Shown here: positions 18,101 to 24,447 of the stretch, in pieces
Position numbering within the stretch: the stretch's first letter is position 1
How the letters are laid out: the number at the start of each line of letters is the position of its first letter
NCBI GenBank assembly: GCA_041497495.1
Contig: JBGQGR010000001.1
Span: 1 to 45,482, forward strand
Direction: 5' to 3'
Length of the DNA stretch: 45,482 nucleotides
Origin: Anaerolineae bacterium
GTDB lineage: Bacteria > Chloroflexota > Anaerolineae > Fen-1058
Made by a program: the position numbers and the translations under genes
Notes under the pieces: model-generated
Seen by the model: only the letters and a program-made list of their open reading frames with translations
What the model was told of the DNA's origin: nothing
Database searches by the model: none

Positions 18101-18356
18101 CACCGCCGCCGCGCGTGTTGACCAGGCCGGGTCCGGTCCACAAGGGCAGCGCGGCCAGCAGCGACAATAACAGAAGCGTCAGGCCGATCCAGTTGATCGA
18201 TCTGACGCTTCGAGATTGTGGAGAGGCTATCACGGATTCATTCGCCAAAGTGACGCGTGACACCTGCACCGCACTGTCCGAAGGACGTTGCAGTGCAGGT
18301 GTCACGGCAGACGTGTTGCGACGTGCGTGAGCGATCTGCGATACGCGATAAGCCAT
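15129..18356 (-). CDS. GT-C fold membrane protein, YfhO / PTPS-related-like, with three C-terminal repeat modules (paralog of 11952..15125)
   Basis: 1075-aa ORF with an ATG start. Motifs FPARWMPDAAYGLGYPFFNYYASLPYYF and YWPGWLASIDGQNVEA...VPRGEHRVEFSL, with a C-terminal module ANYKVFVHVFDP...AYPTSRWLRGE...PSGSYRIAIGLY. A 13-bp inverted repeat lies in codons 18-34, so an alternative TTG start at 18248 is possible. Confidence 0.8.
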   Translation of the reverse strand: MAYRVSQIAHARRNTSAVTPALQRPSDSAVQVSRVTLANESVIASPQSRSVRSINWIGLTLLLLSLLAALPLWTGPGLVNTRGGGDSPFLFFRLQQLVTNLHDGVFPARWMPDAAYGLGYPFFNYYASLPYYFGAIFNFLGFDLLISIKIVQTLGFAFAAFAMFRWADWHFSTRSISWLIAIAYLYAPFHFVNVYVRGDSLSEFYAFIFYPLSLLAIERALAAPRLFYGLALAYGGLILTHNASALIFSPFALIYALIQILQSKLRPKKQSLLSLMAGLGLAFALSAWFWLPALGESNLAQLDVQTTGYFNYAEHFRSVDLVQGSIGFDYSIATAPGSNTPFAMGLIQTLGTALGLIALAVTWRRDQNKSLRVFALIGLGLSTFMITPLSRVLWDHLPLLPFTQFPWRFLSIQALFTSMAIGYIGILFTAGRAENGGKLHKNLNVLRTLSGLIGLALVASILIPLRPDYLPIRADEITPDRLQLYEAFTSNIGTTIRAEYLPRTVIPRLYTSSVLIDPALPPQAIVANGVAASTQLSRGAIDQVWQVAVTSNSATLDFPLLYWPGWLASIDGQNVEAMPAPDLGYIQIDVPRGEHRVEFSLGHTTIRVIGELVSIVALIVLAILLWMRIRAYPHGLRLFALRLIYGLVVTIIIIVLGSLVQASNVVAANGSDLTMDFDSKPWLHHNPGGVDFGSAAKLIGYELSEISDQSINLSLNWEVATTQAVSATIALVTPSTHLFNGPSPINQESVMIQSGTSTVRLTSPYRLATGLYYVRVQVGSIDQYLKPIWIKSDRTFAGAHLFGNLTPSIGLAAVQVQHLDSDQLDVLLSWSVSGSTAANYGISLRLHDSTGERSATLDTQPGYGFQPTSAWQIGALNEAYTLSLPSDLPRTGVYALDVILYHVASKEEVGRATIDGIRLDSTYAWTSIEPPSRDFTEPSVPNRIDAIFGNQIELLGYDLARDGQTLIFKPTWKAVTNVDANYKVFVHVFDPTTEKIVAQSDAMPRNNAYPTSRWLRGEVVNDTIALPLLDLPSGSYRIAIGLYLPSNDRLPIGGGRNIDAVNRRVILDDVINVSQ
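18257..18305. repeat. 13-bp perfect inverted repeat GTGACACCTGCAC-(23 nt)-GTGCAGGTGTCAC
   Basis: Read directly. A related imperfect hairpin, CACCTGCACTG-(9 nt)-CAGTGCGGTG, lies at 27771..27800. Confidence 0.7.
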
Positions 18357-18366
18357 CGGCCATTTG

Positions 18367-18948
18367 CTATTTGGCGCGCGATCGCTGCACGAACATGCCC
18401 GCCATGAACCCGGCGACCAGCAAAATAATCACGCCCAAACCACCCAGCGCAATTCGACCTAACGTCGACGGGCCACCACTACCGCCAGCCGCTGAGCTCG
18501 ACGGCGCGCCGGTGTTGCCGCTGGCGGGCTCGCTCGGCGCGGACGAATCACCGCCAATCTTCTGCGCGCCGTACTTCGCATCGAACTGCGCGCCGCTCGC
18601 CAAGCTGATGGCCCATTGGCCTTCTGTCGTAGATTCATAACCGATCGGCGCTTTCGCCCGAACCGTATATGAACCCGCCGCTAACTTTCCAAAACAGTAC
18701 GGCTCACTCACGCCATCAGTCGAGTACGAGCCCATCACCCCGCTGTCATCCGATAACGTAAAGCCCACACCCGCTAATGATTTTTCATCGGCATCACGTG
18801 CCGCGTTGCCGTTCGTATCATCAAAGGCCTGTACACACACTTGGCCGTTCGTTTGTTGCAGCTGCGGCGCCGCTGAGGCGACTCCGGCCAGACTGCTCAA
18901 CAGCAACAGCATCATGATCGCTGCGCCGATCCGTCGGATAAGCTGCAT
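18367..18948 (-). CDS. Secreted, membrane-anchored SdrD-B-like (Cna-B-type) domain protein
   Basis: Signal peptide MQLIRRIGAAIMMLLLLSSLAGVASA. Domain CVQAFDDTNGNAARDADEKSLAGVGFTL...TDGVSEPYCF..L..GSYTV. Gly/Ser-rich spacer, C-terminal TM helix and basic tail (QRSRAK). Confidence 0.75.
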   Translation of the reverse strand: MQLIRRIGAAIMMLLLLSSLAGVASAAPQLQQTNGQVCVQAFDDTNGNAARDADEKSLAGVGFTLSDDSGVMGSYSTDGVSEPYCFGKLAAGSYTVRAKAPIGYESTTEGQWAISLASGAQFDAKYGAQKIGGDSSAPSEPASGNTGAPSSSAAGGSGGPSTLGRIALGGLGVIILLVAGFMAGMFVQRSRAK

Positions 18949-18971
18949 TATCTGCTCCTTTGCAAAATTAT

Positions 18972-20465
18972 TTAGGCGCGGCGTCGGGCGATGATGAATG
19001 CGCCCAACACTCCGGCCACCAGCAAGACGGTCAGACCGATGCCGCCCAACAACAATCCCGATAGGTTCGATCCGCCTGACCCAGCGGCCGGCGTCGGCGA
19101 CGCATCCACTCGGCTGCCAAAGCGAATGTTCACCGTCGAGCCGCCGGTCAACGACACACTCCAGCGTTTATCGGACGTTGCGACTGTATTCGGCGCGGGC
19201 TGGACCGCCACTGAATATGTGCCGGGCACCAAGTTATCGAAGCAGTGCGGAGTCGAGCTGCCATCCGCCGTATAAGTTGAAACTTGCTCGCCACTTTGTG
19301 AGTTCGATACGGTGAACTGCACACCGGCCACCGCTTGTTCACCGGACGTCAACAAGCCATCTGCATTCGTGTCGTCGAAGGCTTGCACGCACAACTTGGC
19401 CGTGACGACTTCCGGCGTCGCAGTCGGCGCGGCCGTCGGCGGAGCCTCGGGGGTTGTCGAGGTGGGCGCGGCGGTGGGTGCCGCCGGACCGGTCGGGCCA
19501 CGAATGATGATCTTTTGTCCGATCGACAACAGCGCATCTTTAGTAAGATTATTCAACGCCAGAATTTGATCGAGCGAAACATCATACGCGATCGATAAGG
19601 CGAACAATGTGTCACCCGATTGGATCGTATGCACGATCGAACCATCCGGATTCGGCGTACTGATCACCGAGGGCAGCGGCGCGACAGGTGGTGCTGCTGG
19701 CGCACTGGTCGCTTGTGCAGGTGGTGCGCCGGGCGCTGCAGTTGATGCGGTTGAAGCACCGACTATCGTCAACGCAGCATCATCCCACCAGGCATCCAGG
19801 TGCGTGGCTGCACTCCCACGATAATCGTTGGAGGTGAAGACCGTCACTTTGCCACCAGAGCCCACTGTGGCTTGAACACAAAGTTGCTGCCAGGTATCAT
19901 GTGGGTTAGCCGTACCAGACCACGTGACGCCGGAAGCCCAATTGTCGCCGCCGTTTGGATCAATACCGACACGCGCATTGCCACTCATGGATGAAATGGA
20001 ACCTTCCTTACCATATGCTGCGTTATTGGCAAACAACCGCGCATAAGCGCAGAACTGCACAACACTGCCTGCCGGAATGTTCGGCACTGTCTGCTTGATG
20101 CCGGCCATCCACGGATCTTGTTGATAGCCGATGTGCTGCGAAGCGGCACCAGCATGGATCAACTCCGGATAACTTCCAGATAGATTCTCCTCAGCGCTAA
20201 AATTTGCCTTAGCGGTGTAGGTCAAGGCAGTAGCATCATCCGGTTTGGGAACCACATAATACCAACAGCTCCAGCCACTGGCCACCTTGCCGGCGCCGCA
20301 GCCCGAATACGGCTGTTCCATCCCCGGACTTTGCAGCAAATTACCAGATTGTGAAAGGCGTGCAGCTTGGGCTGAATTAGGCATTAGGCTGAACAGCATC
20401 ATTAACGCCAGTGCGAACACTCCGACCAGGGCAAGCCCCTTGCGCGGGGTCAATTTGAACTCCAT
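18972..20465 (-). CDS. Secreted surface protein: CBM-like jelly-roll + LysM + SdrD-B-like domain + C-terminal anchor
   Basis: Signal peptide. N-terminal module opening NLLQSPGMEQ and ending VGIDPNGG...VTVFT...WWDDAALTIV. Pro/Ala/Thr linkers. LysM (HTIQSGDTLFALSIAYDVSLDQILALNNL). A CVQAFDDTNADG... domain. Tail GGSNLSGLLLGGIGLTVLLVAGVLGAFIIARRRA. AAGGAG Shine-Dalgarno upstream. Confidence 0.8.
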   Translation of the reverse strand: MEFKLTPRKGLALVGVFALALMMLFSLMPNSAQAARLSQSGNLLQSPGMEQPYSGCGAGKVASGWSCWYYVVPKPDDATALTYTAKANFSAEENLSGSYPELIHAGAASQHIGYQQDPWMAGIKQTVPNIPAGSVVQFCAYARLFANNAAYGKEGSISSMSGNARVGIDPNGGDNWASGVTWSGTANPHDTWQQLCVQATVGSGGKVTVFTSNDYRGSAATHLDAWWDDAALTIVGASTASTAAPGAPPAQATSAPAAPPVAPLPSVISTPNPDGSIVHTIQSGDTLFALSIAYDVSLDQILALNNLTKDALLSIGQKIIIRGPTGPAAPTAAPTSTTPEAPPTAAPTATPEVVTAKLCVQAFDDTNADGLLTSGEQAVAGVQFTVSNSQSGEQVSTYTADGSSTPHCFDNLVPGTYSVAVQPAPNTVATSDKRWSVSLTGGSTVNIRFGSRVDASPTPAAGSGGSNLSGLLLGGIGLTVLLVAGVLGAFIIARRRA

Positions 20466-20545
20466 CTTCTTCTTCTCCTTATTGTAAATCGTGTCGATGC
20501 GATGATTTGATCATAAATGATCTGCTTTTGATAATTGCTACTGAA

Positions 20546-22075
20546 TCAGAAATACTTGACTGTCTGTGATTGTTTGCGCCGCCACATGAAAATTCCCAAG
20601 GCGGCGATGATGATCAATGCACTTGCCCCGATCAGCAGCTCAGGCGGAATGACCCCACTGGCCGGATCGATCTGCAGCCCCAGCGCAATATCGACCGTGG
20701 CATCGCTAGTCAAGGCCACCGCCCAACTCCGCGATCCGCTGATCGAATAACCGCTCGGCGTTTGCGCGGCTACCCGATAGACCGTGGCCGGCAAATGATC
20801 GAAGCAGGCTTGATCGGCAGAACCGTCGAGCGTGCGATCAACGATCGGGCTGCCGTTGCTATCGGTGACATCGATCTGCAGGCCGGCCACGGTCAACGCT
20901 TGATCGCTGTCCGATCGCAGGCCGTCCCGATCGACATCATTAAACGTGCGCACGCAAATGCTGCCCTGGCCTGAACCCGATCCGCCGATGGCTGTGAGCG
21001 GCCGCGCTGCCGTGTTGATGGGCGGCAGTGAGATGACCAGCTCGCGCCCAAGCTCCAGCTGCGATTCGGCGGATAGGCCGTTCAACTGCATGATCTGATC
21101 GACCGGGACGCCATATTGCAAGGCAATGGCGAACAATGTGTCGCCGCTTCTAACGATGTGCGTGATCTTGCCACTGCGGCCCGGCTCGGCAGTAGGCTGT
21201 GCCCCCACTGCCACAACTACCGGCGGCGGATTGACGACGATCGGCACGCTTGCCCCGCCGCCGATCAGCGTCAACTCGGCGTCGTCCACGTACACGTCGT
21301 TGTGTTCCATGGGAAATTCCGGGCGGCTGTGCGTGAACACCGTGACTTTGCTGGATCGGGCAACCGCTTCAACTTCAAAGCGTGTGAATTGATCATACGC
21401 TTCATGCTCAGTCGACCAGACAATATCTTTGCTCCATGGATCGTTGCCGCCTGTTGGATCGATCCCCACCCGCAGGTGCATGCTGCTCTGCCCAAAAGAG
21501 AAATGCGGGTTCGGTTCACCCTCGCCTGCTTTTGATGCAGACCAGACTTCCATGTAAATGCTGAAGCGCAGCAAACTGCCGGGGCGAACACCGGTTACCG
21601 TTTGATACACGCCCGCTTCGTGCACGCTCCAAAAGGTAAAATATTTTTGCGAGTTCTCGCCGGATCGAATGCGCGGCGGATCTTGCGGCGCATTGCGCGT
21701 GTCGCGATATTCCGGGTTATGCCAGGCGACGCAGCCATCCGGCGCACTGCGCCCGCAGTAATTCGGATATTGGTAATAATCGGGCGCCTGGCGATCGCTG
21801 CTGGGTATTTGCCACCAGCCCTGCCAGCCCTCTGCCACTTGAACCGTCTGCCACGGCACCGTCGGCAGCGATCCATCGCAGGGCAAGGTCATCCACGGAC
21901 GCCCGCCGGGAAAGCTGCATTGAATATGATAATCGCCTTCAAAACCCGGGTTCGCCAACAAATTTTTGGAACTTTGATCTGATCGCGCCGACAACGTCTC
22001 AGCCACCACGATCGTCGATGACATCAGCGCCAAGCCCACCATCGCGATCGCGATCGAAATCCGCTGCGGCTTCAT
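20546..22075 (-). CDS. Secreted surface protein: Cys-rich CBM-like jelly-roll + LysM + SdrD-B-like domain + C-terminal anchor
   Basis: Signal peptide. NLLANPGFEGDYHIQCS...CVAWHNPEYRD...RVGIDPTGGNDPWSKDIVWS...VYVDDAEL. LysM (HIVRSGDTLFAIALQYGVPVDQIMQLNGL). A CVRTFNDVDRDG... domain. C-terminal TM plus WRRKQ. Confidence 0.8.
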   Translation of the reverse strand: MKPQRISIAIAMVGLALMSSTIVVAETLSARSDQSSKNLLANPGFEGDYHIQCSFPGGRPWMTLPCDGSLPTVPWQTVQVAEGWQGWWQIPSSDRQAPDYYQYPNYCGRSAPDGCVAWHNPEYRDTRNAPQDPPRIRSGENSQKYFTFWSVHEAGVYQTVTGVRPGSLLRFSIYMEVWSASKAGEGEPNPHFSFGQSSMHLRVGIDPTGGNDPWSKDIVWSTEHEAYDQFTRFEVEAVARSSKVTVFTHSRPEFPMEHNDVYVDDAELTLIGGGASVPIVVNPPPVVVAVGAQPTAEPGRSGKITHIVRSGDTLFAIALQYGVPVDQIMQLNGLSAESQLELGRELVISLPPINTAARPLTAIGGSGSGQGSICVRTFNDVDRDGLRSDSDQALTVAGLQIDVTDSNGSPIVDRTLDGSADQACFDHLPATVYRVAAQTPSGYSISGSRSWAVALTSDATVDIALGLQIDPASGVIPPELLIGASALIIIAALGIFMWRRKQSQTVKYF

Positions 22076-22088
22076 TCAACCACTCACT

Positions 22089-24353
22089 TTAAGCGATCGC
22101 CCGGCGGCGCTGCAGGATGATCCAGCCGCCGATGCCGAGTACTGCGCCGATGATCAATAACCCGATCGTTCCGGTGGCGTCTGCTGGGGCAGCCGGCTTC
22201 GCTTCGCTTGCGCGGCTGCCGAAATTTACATTGACGGTCGCGCCGCTGTCCAGCGTCACACTCCAGCGTCGATCGGATGTAGCGATCATGCCGGCTGGTG
22301 TTTGAATCGCGACGGAATAGTTGCCCGGCGCGAGTTTATTGAAGCAATGCGGCTCGCTGATGCCGTCGGTCGAATAAGATGTGAGCTGTTTACCCTGCGC
22401 ATCATATAACATGAACATCGCTCCGCTGAGCAGCACTTCGCTCGATGTGTAGACACCGTTCGCGTCCACGTCGTTGAAAGCGCGCACACACAACTGCGTC
22501 GCCTCCGGCGCGGCCGCCACTTGTTCCGGTGTAGGCGTAGCCGCGATCGTCGGCGCGGGCGTGGCCTCGGGCGTCGCCGTTGCGATCGACGCGGAGATGA
22601 CCAACTCGCGGCCGATGACGATAAAGGAATCTTTGGTCAAACCGTTCAATTGCAGAATCTGATCCATCGGCACATTATACTGCAAAGACAACCCGAACAG
22701 AGAATCGCCGGGTTTGACCGTGTGGACGACTGAACCATCAGGATACGGCGTGGCCGTGGGGCCGGGCGCGTAGTTGATGATGGCCGGCGGCGCGGGATTA
22801 TTGTTCGACACGGGCGGCGCGCCGATCGGCTGATCCGGAACTTGAATCGCCACCAGTTCGGCATCGTCCACATACACATCGTTGTGCTTCAAGCCTTTTT
22901 CCGGCATGCTGTGCGTAAACACCGTCACGTGATCCGATTGGGCAGTCGCGCGCACTTCGTAATAGCCGAAGATATCGTAGCTGTCATGTTCGGCCGACCA
23001 GACGATGTTCGGACTCCACGGATCATCGCCGCCGGTCGGATCAATACCGACCCGCATGTGCATGCTGGTCTGCCCGGATGAGTTGAAAGAGGCAGGATCG
23101 AGATCGCTGCCGTCTTGGTTGGACGACCACGCGTGCATATACACGCCGAAGCGCAGCACACTGCCCGGCGGAACATTGACCGTTTGGAATACACCGGCTT
23201 CATGCACGCTGTAGAAGGTGAAATATTTTTGCGAGTTCTTGCCGGAATGAATCCGCGCTGGGCCTGAGATCGTGCCCTTCGTGTCGCGGAATTCAGGATT
23301 GTGCCAGGCAATGCAGCCTTCGGGCGCATCCGAATAACAATTGTTGGGATGATTGGAATAGAACTTTGGATCCGTGCCGTGTTTGGTATTGGGCTCCAAC
23401 CACCACGCCGTCCAGCCAATGGGCACCTGCACCGTGTTCCAGATGAAATTAATGTGCCGACCTTTCTCGTCTTTCGCATCCAAATCCAGGCCGTCACATG
23501 AAACATGCCGCCACGGCACATCCGCAATGGTGCTGCATGGAATATAGAGCTTGCCTTCAAAGCCGCCATCGGTCAGTAAATTCGTGCCCACTTGCACACT
23601 GGCCGGCGTGGGCGTCAGAACAATTGGCACAGGCGTGGCCGTAGGATAGGATGCTTGAGCCGTTGCGGCCAGATCGCCGCTGAGCACCGTCAACGCAGCA
23701 TCATCCCAATACACTTCATTGTTGCGCCGTGAATCGAACGGGTTCGCATACGTGAAAACCGTGACGGTGGTATTTTGCGATCGGGCAAAGACGGAGAACT
23801 GATACCACGAATCGAGTATATTGAGTGGCTGCGTCCAGACAACATTCGGGCTTTTCGGATTTGTGCCGCCGGTCGGATCGATGCCAATCTTCATCTGCAT
23901 ATTGGTGCCGCCGACCGAGATATTGATCGGATCGTTGCTTTGCGATGACCAGCCTTGACCGTAAATCGAAAACTGTAGATCGACATTCAACGGAACGGTC
24001 ACTTGTTGATAGATGCCCGCTTCGTACGCGCCGAAGAAGTGGAACATGCGCTGCGCATTGCCGCCGCCGTGAATGCGATGATCACAGCCTTTGGTGCAAG
24101 TATTACTCGGACTGTAATTCGGCTGCAAGTAGGCCCATTCCGGCGCATTGGCCGGATGCGGCGTCCACCACGCCGACCAACTAGTCGCCACCTGCGCATC
24201 CGCATTGATCTGTGTGAAGCCCGCCTCAAAATTTGGATTCTTTAAGAGGTTCGAGCCCGCGGCAGAACTCGGCGAGGCTTGAACGTTCAACGGAAGTAAC
24301 GCCACCGCGAACGAGAATATTAAGCTAAGAATCAAGAAACGTTTCAGTTGCAT
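22089..24353 (-). CDS. Secreted surface protein: two CBM-like jelly-roll modules + LysM + SdrD-B-like domain + C-terminal anchor
   Basis: Signal peptide. Two modules opening NLLKNPNFEAG and NLLTDGGFEG, each ending ...GIDPTGG...VTVFT...DDA.L. LysM (HTVKPGDSLFGLSLQYNVPMDQILQLNGL). A CVRAFNDVDANG... domain. Tail IGLLIIGAVLGIGGWIILQRRRAIA. Confidence 0.8.
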   Translation of the reverse strand: MQLKRFLILSLIFSFAVALLPLNVQASPSSAAGSNLLKNPNFEAGFTQINADAQVATSWSAWWTPHPANAPEWAYLQPNYSPSNTCTKGCDHRIHGGGNAQRMFHFFGAYEAGIYQQVTVPLNVDLQFSIYGQGWSSQSNDPINISVGGTNMQMKIGIDPTGGTNPKSPNVVWTQPLNILDSWYQFSVFARSQNTTVTVFTYANPFDSRRNNEVYWDDAALTVLSGDLAATAQASYPTATPVPIVLTPTPASVQVGTNLLTDGGFEGKLYIPCSTIADVPWRHVSCDGLDLDAKDEKGRHINFIWNTVQVPIGWTAWWLEPNTKHGTDPKFYSNHPNNCYSDAPEGCIAWHNPEFRDTKGTISGPARIHSGKNSQKYFTFYSVHEAGVFQTVNVPPGSVLRFGVYMHAWSSNQDGSDLDPASFNSSGQTSMHMRVGIDPTGGDDPWSPNIVWSAEHDSYDIFGYYEVRATAQSDHVTVFTHSMPEKGLKHNDVYVDDAELVAIQVPDQPIGAPPVSNNNPAPPAIINYAPGPTATPYPDGSVVHTVKPGDSLFGLSLQYNVPMDQILQLNGLTKDSFIVIGRELVISASIATATPEATPAPTIAATPTPEQVAAAPEATQLCVRAFNDVDANGVYTSSEVLLSGAMFMLYDAQGKQLTSYSTDGISEPHCFNKLAPGNYSVAIQTPAGMIATSDRRWSVTLDSGATVNVNFGSRASEAKPAAPADATGTIGLLIIGAVLGIGGWIILQRRRAIA

Positions 24354-24447
24354 TCAAACACCTTCAAAGTCGATATGACATCCGAAGTATACAGGATCTC
24401 ATTTTTCGGCACGCTAACTTTGCGCGGGTCAACGTAATGTCAACTCA

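Noticed and set aside
18367-24353. LPXTG sortase or PEP-CTERM exosortase signals in the surface proteins.
   Set aside because: No LPXTG-like pentapeptide precedes the C-terminal helices. The only similar string is PPE in one protein, not PEP. No sortase or exosortase gene is present. I reported the tails only as a generic tripartite tail.
24354-24447. A promoter for the surface-protein operon (TTGACA on the minus strand at 24443..24438).
   Set aside because: No acceptable -10 hexamer lies at 16-18 nt spacing (AAGTTA, AGTTAG and AAAGTT). The operon may instead be read through from the upstream GT39-like gene.
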